Assembly (NCBI GenBank): GCA_965217895.1
Contig: CBDCJV010000002.1
Coordinates: 3,264,001 to 3,328,000 of the forward strand
DNA: 64,000 nt
Direction: 5' to 3'
Source: Waterburya sp.
GTDB taxonomy: Bacteria; Cyanobacteriota; Cyanobacteriia; Cyanobacteriales; Xenococcaceae
The notes under the pieces are model-generated. The model saw only the letters and a list, made by a program, of their open reading frames with translations. It had not been told where the DNA came from and did no database searches. Shown one piece after another: positions 1 through 8,433 of the stretch (the stretch's first letter is position 1; each line of letters starts with the position of its first letter). The translations under genes were made by a program, and so were the position numbers.

Positions 1-476
1 GCCACATTACCGCCAATAGAACAAATAATCTGGCTAGAAGGATCGGGAGCATAATAAAAACCTGCACCACTAACTGCCTGAGTTACCCAGTTGTTGATTA
101 CTCCTGGCTGAACCGTAATATAGTGATTATCTAAATCTTGATGCAGAATGCGATTCATTCTGGCGGTGACGATTAATACACAGTCTGGGGCGGGTAATGC
201 TCCTCCAGACAAACCTGTCCCTGCACCTCTGGCAACCCAGGGTAAATTATTGTCATGACAAACTTTAACTGCTGCTGCCACTTCTTCTGTGGTGCGGGGT
301 AAAACTACCAAGGCTGGACGCTGACGATAGCTAGCTAGACCATCGCATTCATAGGTCAATAACTCTTCTTTGCGACGTACTACCCCGTCTTTACCGACTA
401 CAGTTTCTAACTGTTTGATGATTGGCTGCCATTTGTCTTTAATGCCTGGAAAAAACTTACTAAATAACATCGCCAT
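1..476 (-). CDS. glcD: Glycolate oxidase FAD-linked subunit GlcD (5' part; runs off the window)
   Basis: Manual translation of the minus strand from ATG 476: MAMLFSKFF...LLTYECDGLASYRQRPALVVFPRTTEEV...ARGAGTGLSGGA...YAPDPSSQIICSIGGNVA, the typical GlcD FAD-binding motifs. Not in the ORF track because it has no stop in the window. Confidence 0.9.
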   Translation of the reverse strand, partial: MAMLFSKFFPGIKDKWQPIIKQLETVVGKDGVVRRKEELLTYECDGLASYRQRPALVVLPRTTEEVAAAVKVCHDNNLPWVARGAGTGLSGGALPAPDCVLIVTARMNRILHQDLDNHYITVQPGVINNWVTQAVSGAGFYYAPDPSSQIICSIGGNV

Positions 477-558
477 GACCAAATCTCTGTTAATTTACCC
501 GTATTAACAATGATATCTGACTATCAATATCTGACGTTACGTATTTAATCTAACTGCT

Positions 559-650
559 GTGACGGGGTGACGAGGTGACTGGGTGACTGGGTGACTGGGA
601 GAACCTTCGGTCTTGCCGAGATCGCCAAGTCCCCAAGTCCCCAAGTCCCT
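559..650. repeat. Two short tandem 8-mer arrays (GTGACTGG-like x4-5 and CCCCAAGT-like x3)
   Basis: gtgacggg gtgacgag gtgactgg gtgactgg gtgactgg ... ccaagt ccccaagt ccccaagt; intergenic STRR-type cyanobacterial repeats. Confidence 0.8.
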
Positions 651-681
651 AAAATCGATGAGTGCGTAACATCGGTTAATA

Positions 682-888
682 TTACTTTTTATAGGCTTTA
701 GCTGAAGCGGAAATCCAAGTAAAAGCAGCAATACCAAACGGTAACAGAATAAAAATTGCTCCAGAAGCTACAGGATGGGTTCTAATGGTCATGCTAGAAC
801 TCATAATTCCTAATCCTAAACCACAGTAGACTAAGCCGATTAAAGGAATACCCAGAACTAATAAAGCAAATTTTCGATCTGAATTCAT
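682..888 (-). CDS. Small membrane protein (2 predicted TM segments)
   Basis: 68-aa ORF with ATG start and two hydrophobic stretches, divergent from ndbB. Confidence 0.6.
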   Translation of the reverse strand: MNSDRKFALLVLGIPLIGLVYCGLGLGIMSSSMTIRTHPVASGAIFILLPFGIAAFTWISASAKAYKK

Positions 889-1056
889 AAATTATAATGT
901 TCTAAGAACTATTAATTAACTTAGCAGATATTTGCTTGGCGATCGCGCTATCTTGAATCTTATTATTTAGTTCAAGATCAAAAGTCTTCTAAAGTCGCTA
1001 GAATCAACATAAGTTAACCAAAATAATTAGCTTGTTGGCTTAAGCTAAGTAATCTT

Positions 1057-2247
1057 ATGAGCGAAAAATCGCGTATTTGTATCGTTGGTGGTGGATTTGG
1101 GGGTTTATATACTGCTTTGAGGCTGAGTGAATTCCCTTGGCAAAACGGAACCAAGCCAGAAATTACTCTGATTGATAAAAGCGATCGCTTTTTGTTTTCT
1201 CCCCTGTTGTATGAACTGATCACCGAAGAAATGCAAAGTTGGGAAATAGCACCACCCTTTGCTGAAATTTTGGCAAATACAGGGGTGATCTTTCAGCAGG
1301 GTAGCGTTACCGATATTGATGTTGAAGCCCAAAAAGTCACTGTCGATGACGATCTAACAATCGATTACGATAAATTGGTTTTGTCCACAGGTGGCAAAAC
1401 TCCTGTAGACATTGTATCAGGGGCAAAGGAACACGCTCTCCCGTTTCGTTCTTTAAACGATGCCTATCGTTTACAGGAAGAACTAAGATTACTAGAAGAA
1501 GCTAACCCCGATAAAATTAGAGTGGCAGTAGTTGGCGGTGGTTATAGCGGGGTAGAGTTAGCTTGTAAGCTAGCAGCCCGTTTAGGTGAAAAAGGCAGAA
1601 TTCGCATTATAGAAAGAGGAGAACGGATACTCAAAGACAGTTCTGATTTCAATCGTGAAACTGCCATCAAAGCCTTGACAGAAAATCATATTTGGCAGGA
1701 TTTAGAAACAGAGGTAGCACAGGTTGAGGCTGACAGCATATCTCTTGAATATAAAGGGCAAACTGATGTCATACCCGTAGATTTGGTATTGTGGACAGTT
1801 GGTAGCCAGATTTCGGAGTTAATTACTAAACTTCCTTTAGAACAAAACGAAAAAGGGCTGCTTAAAATTGAACCCAACCTGTTAGTCAAGGGTAGAGATG
1901 ATATCTATGCGATCGGTGATGTGGCTGACTGCTACGATACTGAGGGCATATCAGTCCCCGCTACGGCACAGGTAGCTTTTCAACAGTCTGACTATTGTGC
2001 CTGGAATTTGTGGGCATCTGCTACTAACCGTCCCTTGTTATCTTTTCGCTATCAGCCTTTAGGTGAAATGATGACTTTGGGAGTAGATAACGCCACGATC
2101 AGCGGTTTGGGCATAAAATTTGATGGTTCAATGGCTTATATAGCCCGTCGCTTAATCTATCTCTATCGTTTACCAACTTTAAAACATCAGCTAACGGTCG
2201 GACTAAACTGGATTACTCAACCTCTAGTTGAACTATTGTCATCTTGA
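1057..2247 (+). CDS. ndbB: Type II NAD(P)H dehydrogenase family protein, NdbB (demethylphylloquinone reductase)-like
   Basis: Two Rossmann motifs (IVGGGFGG, VVGGGYSGVE), FLFSPLLYE and ATAQVAFQQ; the LYTALRLS.FPW N-terminus is typical of cyanobacterial NdbB. Confidence 0.8.
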   Translation: MSEKSRICIVGGGFGGLYTALRLSEFPWQNGTKPEITLIDKSDRFLFSPLLYELITEEMQSWEIAPPFAEILANTGVIFQQGSVTDIDVEAQKVTVDDDLTIDYDKLVLSTGGKTPVDIVSGAKEHALPFRSLNDAYRLQEELRLLEEANPDKIRVAVVGGGYSGVELACKLAARLGEKGRIRIIERGERILKDSSDFNRETAIKALTENHIWQDLETEVAQVEADSISLEYKGQTDVIPVDLVLWTVGSQISELITKLPLEQNEKGLLKIEPNLLVKGRDDIYAIGDVADCYDTEGISVPATAQVAFQQSDYCAWNLWASATNRPLLSFRYQPLGEMMTLGVDNATISGLGIKFDGSMAYIARRLIYLYRLPTLKHQLTVGLNWITQPLVELLSS

Positions 2248-2302
2248 TATACTGTGGCAATTTATAGGTAGGGAATAATAGCTATAGTAAAAAGATATCC
2301 CC

Positions 2303-3478
2303 ATGTCTGATGCAAAATTCATACCGCCCCAGTTAAATCCTCTATTTACGCGTTTAATCCAAAGTGTTTTCTATCTTGTGGCTTACTTTGGCTACAAAAT
2401 AAAATTCGTAATTGGCGATCGCGACGTGGCTCAATTAAAAGCAATTTCTCATCAGCGAGTAGTTTATCTGCCAAATCATTCTAATCTAGATGATGGACTG
2501 GTAGTATTTCTTTTGTCTGCACGTTTAGGGCAGCTTTTTCACTATATTGTCGCTTACGAAGCCTTTCAAGGCTTAATTGGCAAGCTAATGCCCAAAGTAG
2601 GAGTTTATTCAATTCGGCGCGGAGTTGGCGATCGCTCTAGCATCAGGCAAACTTTGGAGATACTTCAGCAGCCTGGATCTAAGCTGGTGATTTTTCCAGA
2701 AGGCGGTTGCTCCTATCAAAATGATACCGTAATTCCCTTTCGCACAGGAGCAATTGAGCTATCTTTTAAGGCGATGGAAAAGCTAATCAAACAAGAAGCA
2801 GATATACCCAATTTTTATTTAGTACCTGTAAGCTTAAAATATACTTATCCCCAGGCTACAAATGCCCAAATTGCCGAATCTCTAGGCGGTTTGGAAGCAG
2901 CTTTATCCATCCAGCCAGCCAAAGATTTTTATTTACGCTTAAGAGCTATATCTGCTCAAGTATTAGCCAATTTAGAAGCGGAATATAATGTAACTCCTGT
3001 CGATTTAACAGACTGGAATCAACGCATTGAATATCTGAGAAAGCATTTACTAGACTACTGCGAAAAGAAACTAGATATTACACCTGCAACTGAGTTACCG
3101 AATCGAGAAAGGATTTATAAGGTTCAGGCAATTTTAAGATCTTTAGATGATACTACAGCTAAACAATCTCAGATAAACTACGAACATCTTTATCAAACTA
3201 CTGTTCGCTTGCTCAATTTTGATGCTGTTTACGATGGTTACGTAGCAGCCAAGCCTACCCCAGAAAGGTTTTTTGCTACTTTAGATCGTCTTGAAAGAGA
3301 AGTATTTAATATAGATCGACCTAAACTCAAAGGATTACGTCAGGCAGTTGTTAAAACTGGTACACCAATTAATCTTAAAAAATATTATCAAAATATAAAC
3401 CATGATTCTTCTCGCCAACAAACAATTAATAATTTAACTCAAGAAATACAGCAACAAGTTCAAGCGTATCTAAATTAG
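2303..3478 (+). CDS. Lysophospholipid/1-acyl-sn-glycerol-3-phosphate acyltransferase family protein
   Basis: NHxxxxD (PNHSNLDD) and IFPEG motifs. Confidence 0.85.
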   Translation: MSDAKFIPPQLNPLFTRLIQSVFYLVAYFGYKIKFVIGDRDVAQLKAISHQRVVYLPNHSNLDDGLVVFLLSARLGQLFHYIVAYEAFQGLIGKLMPKVGVYSIRRGVGDRSSIRQTLEILQQPGSKLVIFPEGGCSYQNDTVIPFRTGAIELSFKAMEKLIKQEADIPNFYLVPVSLKYTYPQATNAQIAESLGGLEAALSIQPAKDFYLRLRAISAQVLANLEAEYNVTPVDLTDWNQRIEYLRKHLLDYCEKKLDITPATELPNRERIYKVQAILRSLDDTTAKQSQINYEHLYQTTVRLLNFDAVYDGYVAAKPTPERFFATLDRLEREVFNIDRPKLKGLRQAVVKTGTPINLKKYYQNINHDSSRQQTINNLTQEIQQQVQAYLN

Positions 3479-3597
3479 GGCGTATCATTAATTAGAAAAA
3501 AGTACAGACTGTGTAGAGTGCCTTTAACGTAAGCCTAACGCACCAACATTTAAATTTAAAATTTTATTGGATTCTTATTCCCTAGCCAAATCAACCG

Positions 3598-4320
3598 TTG
3601 CTCATGACACTCTCATTATCAACCCAAAATTTACCAAACGTGATCTTTTTAGATGCTATGGGAACACTATTCGATCTCAAAAGCAGCGTTGGCGAAATAT
3701 ATCAAGAATACGCCCTCAAATATGGAGTAAAAGTAGATGCCAAATTACTCAATAGTGCTTTTCTTAACAGCTTTAAATCTGCTCCTCCCTTAGCATTTTC
3801 CGCCACTGAATTAGAGTCAATTAAGCAACAGGAATTTGCTTGGTGGAAAAATGTAATTCAGATTACATTTGCACAGATTGGTGTACTAGAAAATTTTAGT
3901 AGTTTTGCCAATTTTTTCCAGGATATATATTTATATTTTGCTACTAAAGAACCTTGGTATGTATTCTCCGATGTGATTCCTACTTTGCAGCTTTGGCAGC
4001 AGCAAGGCATTCAATTAGGAGTTATATCTAATTTTGATACTCGCTTAATTACTGTGCTAAGGTTGCTTAAATTAGAGCAATTTTTTACTAGTCTGACAAT
4101 TTCTTCCGTTGTAGGATATGCAAAACCCGACCAGAATATTTTTGAAATTGCTTTAAAGAAACACTACATTACTGCTAAACAAGCATGGCATATTGGAGAC
4201 AGTCTGATTGAAGATTATCAAGGAGCAAAGAACGCAGGAATTAGCTCATTTTGGTTAAATCGTGATTCATTTTCATTGGATATTGAAAATCAACTACCCA
4301 ATTTAAGTAGTCTGGGATAA
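3598..4320 (+). CDS. HAD-IA hydrolase (REG-2-like)
   Basis: FLDAMGTL motif I, ISNFD motif II, KPD and HIGDS motifs; the true start may be ATG 3604. Confidence 0.88.
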   Translation: MLMTLSLSTQNLPNVIFLDAMGTLFDLKSSVGEIYQEYALKYGVKVDAKLLNSAFLNSFKSAPPLAFSATELESIKQQEFAWWKNVIQITFAQIGVLENFSSFANFFQDIYLYFATKEPWYVFSDVIPTLQLWQQQGIQLGVISNFDTRLITVLRLLKLEQFFTSLTISSVVGYAKPDQNIFEIALKKHYITAKQAWHIGDSLIEDYQGAKNAGISSFWLNRDSFSLDIENQLPNLSSLG

Positions 4321-4384
4321 ACTTGTCTTTATATTGCTTTATATATGCACTTTTACGAAGTTCAAAAAACGGGGGACAGAAGCT

Positions 4385-5269
4385 TTGGACACAGCTAATC
4401 AGCAAAGGATTCTCGGATATTTTATCGAAGAAGCGAAAGAACATTTGCAAACCTTGGAGCAAGGCATTTTACAGCTAGCAACATCTGTCAAAGATGCAGA
4501 AACCGTTAATGAAATGTTTCGGGCTGCTCATTCAGTTAAGGGTGGTGCTGCAATGCTGGGTTATACAAGTATTCAAAAAACTGCTCACCGTTTAGAAGAT
4601 TCTTTTAAAATTCTTAAAGACAATCCTGTAGATGTCGATCAAAAGCTAGAAACACTCTTCCTCAATGGCTACGATCATCTTCAAGATCTAATTGAGCGTC
4701 TAGAAAACTCTGCCAATTTTAGCGATAGAGATGCTGTAGAAATTTTAGAGCAGGCAGAATCTAATTTTGCTTTATTAGATCAATATCTTCAACAGTTACT
4801 ATCAGGTAGTTCAGCAGAAGATGCCGATCTTAGCCAAAAAGTAACCGTAATCCTTAAACAAATGTTGCTATTGTTTAAGCAGCCAGATAGCCCAGAAAGC
4901 AGACAAAAACTGCATCTTGCCTGTAAAAAGCTGGGCGAACTAGCACCTAATGAAGCAAATTGGCAAAAGTTGGTAGCTACAACTCAAACAGCAATCACTA
5001 ATAAAAAATATCCTTATAACACTATCGCCCAGGTAGTTATCAAGGAAATCAAGCAGGCAGGAGACTTTTTAAACTCTGGTCAAACAAATAAATTAGTTCC
5101 TAGCAAAAATCTACAGCAGCTAGCAGCATCGGCTGGGGGGACTGCTGGTGCTGTGGTCAGTACAGTATCTATACCAAAAGATCCCCAGGGCGCAGCATTG
5201 GCGTTATTGAAAACCTTCAACAAGCAGGAAATTATGCAGATATTCCAAATTATCAAAAGTCGAATTTGA
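4385..5269 (+). CDS. Stand-alone CheA-type Hpt domain protein
   Basis: FIEEAKEHL...MFRAAHSVKGGAAMLG Hpt motif with the phospho-His; no kinase domain follows. Start placed at in-frame TTG 4385, after a G-rich RBS-like stretch. Confidence 0.85.
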   Translation: MDTANQQRILGYFIEEAKEHLQTLEQGILQLATSVKDAETVNEMFRAAHSVKGGAAMLGYTSIQKTAHRLEDSFKILKDNPVDVDQKLETLFLNGYDHLQDLIERLENSANFSDRDAVEILEQAESNFALLDQYLQQLLSGSSAEDADLSQKVTVILKQMLLLFKQPDSPESRQKLHLACKKLGELAPNEANWQKLVATTQTAITNKKYPYNTIAQVVIKEIKQAGDFLNSGQTNKLVPSKNLQQLAASAGGTAGAVVSTVSIPKDPQGAALALLKTFNKQEIMQIFQIIKSRI

Positions 5270-5348
5270 TTAATATTTCCTGACCTAATGTTAGATTTGT
5301 CAATTTAATATATGTAATAATAAGAACTTAATAAACTAAGTTCATTGA

Positions 5349-5630
5349 TTGCTATTAGCTGTGTTTCAATTCGCTGTCCATTTTGCCAGTTTATTCAAAC
5401 CAGTAATGCTCCAGCTTCGTTTTGTTGGGGCTTGTTCTGTGTTAGGACTTTTTGCCTGGAGTTTGCTAAGTTTTGTTAGGGATACGGTAGCCAGAGCTAA
5501 AGAAATGCACCAGATTCCCTGCACTAAATGCCGTTTTTTTACTGGAGATTATCGTCTTAAATGCACCGTAAATCCTCATGTTGCTAATACCGAGCAAGCA
5601 ATTGATTGTCCAGACTATCGAAATAATTAA
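5349..5630 (+). CDS. Small conserved cyanobacterial membrane protein with a C-terminal 4-Cys motif
   Basis: TM segment followed by HQIPCxxCRFF...KCTVNP...DCPDY. Confidence 0.7.
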   Translation: MLLAVFQFAVHFASLFKPVMLQLRFVGACSVLGLFAWSLLSFVRDTVARAKEMHQIPCTKCRFFTGDYRLKCTVNPHVANTEQAIDCPDYRNN

Positions 5631-5643
5631 TTTAAGTCACAGA

Positions 5644-6612
5644 TTAGTTTGATTCTGCTGATTGTCCTGTTAACTGGTAAAACTTTTCTCGTCCCTCGTT
5701 GTATCTGTTGCTGGGATAGCCCATTACCTGATGGATAATCCATTTTTGAGGCTTACCATCTTTGAGCAATAAAGCGATCGCCATTTCCAGAATTTCATCA
5801 TCATCTAAGCAGTTCTCGGCAAAGAAACTACTAGTTTTACGAAAGCTGCTCTTGCTATTTTCCCTATCTAAATAAAGGTACATTGTGGCAAGCAAGTCTT
5901 TAAAAGATTTAGGTTTGTCTTTTTCTGGCATAATTTTTGACCAGTCTGATTCTGAGATCTGCTTTAGGTACTTATTTTGACTATCTTTAGAAGTCATCTT
6001 TCTTGTCAGCGGTTTCAGCCTAGTCGGATTTGCCTGAAGAATATGACAATACAGATAATCTATTGCTACACCTTGTAGTAAAGCTTCACCTAAAAACTGT
6101 AAATGCTTGTCGGTGGCAGAATGTTCTAACTCTGGTTTGAGATATTTTTTTAACATTGGCACAATCAAACGTTTGTGTAGCCAGTTGCGTGTCTGAGAAA
6201 AACCGCGATCAATAAAAATTGCGCCAACTAAAGCCTTAAGTCCCTTTTCAAAAGGATTATTTTGTTTAACCCTCAAACGATGTCTTTCTTCTGTTAAAGC
6301 CAAAAATGGATATGCCTCCCCAAGCTGAAGATCGTACCAAAGTGTAGTCAACCTCTCTGTTTCAATCATTTTATCCTGCAACGCCTTGAGCTTACCAACT
6401 TGAAAATGGGAAAAGTTCTTAAAAAGATAATCAGCTACGACTAAATTTAAAATCGTTTCACCGAGATATTCTAAACGCTGATTATTAATTTCAGGCTCAT
6501 TAAGTTGCTTGGCATAGGAAGGATGAATTAGAGCTAGGCGAAGGGTTTGATCGTATTTAAAGTTTATGCCGATTTTGTTTTCTACTGGCGACGCTTGCCA
6601 ATTATCACTCAT
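5644..6612 (-). CDS. Ribonuclease III-domain protein (non-canonical, no obvious dsRBD)
   Basis: ALIHPSY...NNQRLEYLGE RNase III signature; second degenerate copy KHLQFLGE; probable start MSDNW at 6612. Confidence 0.8.
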   Translation of the reverse strand: MSDNWQASPVENKIGINFKYDQTLRLALIHPSYAKQLNEPEINNQRLEYLGETILNLVVADYLFKNFSHFQVGKLKALQDKMIETERLTTLWYDLQLGEAYPFLALTEERHRLRVKQNNPFEKGLKALVGAIFIDRGFSQTRNWLHKRLIVPMLKKYLKPELEHSATDKHLQFLGEALLQGVAIDYLYCHILQANPTRLKPLTRKMTSKDSQNKYLKQISESDWSKIMPEKDKPKSFKDLLATMYLYLDRENSKSSFRKTSSFFAENCLDDDEILEMAIALLLKDGKPQKWIIHQVMGYPSNRYNEGREKFYQLTGQSAESN

Positions 6613-6763
6613 TTGTATTAGACGAATATATTTTAACCACCATTTTATATTTAATTTCATCCAGCTATTTATTATTTTATGAATATGTAATTTGATGGCG
6701 TACTTTGTAAAACATCAAGCCTGTAAGTATTCAAGTAAATATATTGTTTTTGGCTGATAGAAA

Positions 6764-8209
6764 TTGGAATGTTTTGGGAATAATAAAATAAGTATTTCTT
6801 TTGACATATTCCAACAGTCATTAACAATAAACGTAGTGCGTAAAATATCTAAACTTTGGTCTAAAAAAACTAAACAACTATTTGCTCAAGCTTTTGGGAA
6901 TACAGTTAAGACAAGCAAATTAGTAGCTAGAAAATTTAATCTCCTGATTATTACGCAGTATTATCCACCAGATTATGCTGCTACGGGTCAATTAATTGAA
7001 GAGTTAGCCAAACATTTAGGAGAAAAAAATGTCCAGGTAAAAGTTTTTACAGGGCAACCTGGGTATGCTTTTGAAAAGAAGCAAGCTTCAAATTTGGAAA
7101 TCAAAGATAATGTTCAGATTCAACGTACCAGAATTACCAAAATTTGGTCACAAAGAATCCGTGGAAAAACACTAAATGGTCTAATATTCACTTTTAGGTC
7201 GGCTTTATACTTATTAAAAAATGCTCGTCAAAATGATGTAATTTTATTAACTACCGCACCACCTTTTCTTTTAGTCATTGGTTATTTGGCTAATTTGCTA
7301 TTTAAAATTGATTATGTTTGCTTAGTTTACGATTTATATCCTGACGCAGTTATAGAGTTAAAATTAATTTCAGAAAATAGTTTTATTGCTAAACTATGGA
7401 ATAGGATCAATGCTATTGTTTGGGGAAAAAGCAAAAAGATAGTGGTGCTAAGTGAAACCATGAAAAAAAGGATTGTCGCCAAACATCCCAGCCTGGCTGA
7501 AAAGGTTTCTATTGTTCATAATTGGGCGGATGCGGACTGGATTAAACCTCTGGCAAAACAAAATAATTGGTTTGCTGGACAACATAAAATAAATGAAAAA
7601 TTTACAGTTTTATATTCTGGCAACTTGGGTCTTTGTCATGATTTAGATACAATTTTGGGTGCAATAAAATTACTCAAAGACCAGCCAGTACAATTTGTGT
7701 TTATTGGTGCGGGAACTAAACATGAAATATGCCGCCAAACGGTAGCCGAATTAAACTTAAACAACTGTATTTTCTTACCATATCAAGACAGAACTAACTT
7801 GCCCTATTCTTTAACTGCCTGTGATTTAGCTTTGGTAACGATCGCACCTGGTTTAGAAGGAGTTGTTGCCCCAAGTAAAGTATATGGCATTATGGCTGCA
7901 GGAAAAGCGATCGCGGCTATATGTGAACCTCATTCTTATCTGCGTAAATTAATTGATAATGCTGAATGTGGAGCGTACTTCAATAATGATCACAGCGAAG
8001 ATCTGGCAAATTTTATTATGAAACTAGCTGATGATTCTGAATTGACTGCACAAATGGGTCATGCTGGACGTGTCTATATGAAGCAAAACTTTATACCTCA
8101 AATTATTGCTCAACAGTATTGTGATCTGTTAAATATAAACGTTAGCAGCGAGTGTATAAACGTCAATCAGAAGCATGAAAAAGCTGATAGAAATCTTAGG
8201 GTAACTTGA
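6764..8209 (+). CDS. Glycosyltransferase family 4 (WbuB-like)
   Basis: ITQYYPPDYAATGQL, DLYPD, YSGNLG, PSKVYGIMAAG; start uncertain. Confidence 0.88.
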   Translation: MECFGNNKISISFDIFQQSLTINVVRKISKLWSKKTKQLFAQAFGNTVKTSKLVARKFNLLIITQYYPPDYAATGQLIEELAKHLGEKNVQVKVFTGQPGYAFEKKQASNLEIKDNVQIQRTRITKIWSQRIRGKTLNGLIFTFRSALYLLKNARQNDVILLTTAPPFLLVIGYLANLLFKIDYVCLVYDLYPDAVIELKLISENSFIAKLWNRINAIVWGKSKKIVVLSETMKKRIVAKHPSLAEKVSIVHNWADADWIKPLAKQNNWFAGQHKINEKFTVLYSGNLGLCHDLDTILGAIKLLKDQPVQFVFIGAGTKHEICRQTVAELNLNNCIFLPYQDRTNLPYSLTACDLALVTIAPGLEGVVAPSKVYGIMAAGKAIAAICEPHSYLRKLIDNAECGAYFNNDHSEDLANFIMKLADDSELTAQMGHAGRVYMKQNFIPQIIAQQYCDLLNINVSSECINVNQKHEKADRNLRVT

Positions 8210-8250
8210 AAGGCGTTGCTGAATCGAGGTTTGAAACCGACTTTTAATAT

Positions 8251-8388
8251 TATAGCGTTTCTCTTATTTACGAGATACATCTTAGTTGTGTCTGGTTAAA
8301 GGGAAAAGGCAAAAGTGGAAAGGGGAAAGGTTTTGCACTTTTTTCCAAAACTTAGCCAATGTACCTCATTGATTTGAGAATCGCTATA
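8251..8388. mobile_element. 138-bp MITE with ~30-bp imperfect TIRs and TA ends (IS630-like)
   Basis: Left TATAGCGTTTCTCTTATTTACGAGATACAT vs reverse complement of the right end TATAGCGATTCTCAAATCAATGAGGTACAT; no ORF inside. Confidence 0.75.
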
Positions 8389-8433
8389 TTTAAGTTTAAG
8401 TAAATATTAAAATTGTTATTATAAACGGCTTCG

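Noticed and set aside
537..737. 66-aa ORF
   Set aside because: Translation of the 8-mer repeats (DLGTWGLGDLG, HPVTQSPRHPVT) and overlaps the 682-888 ORF.
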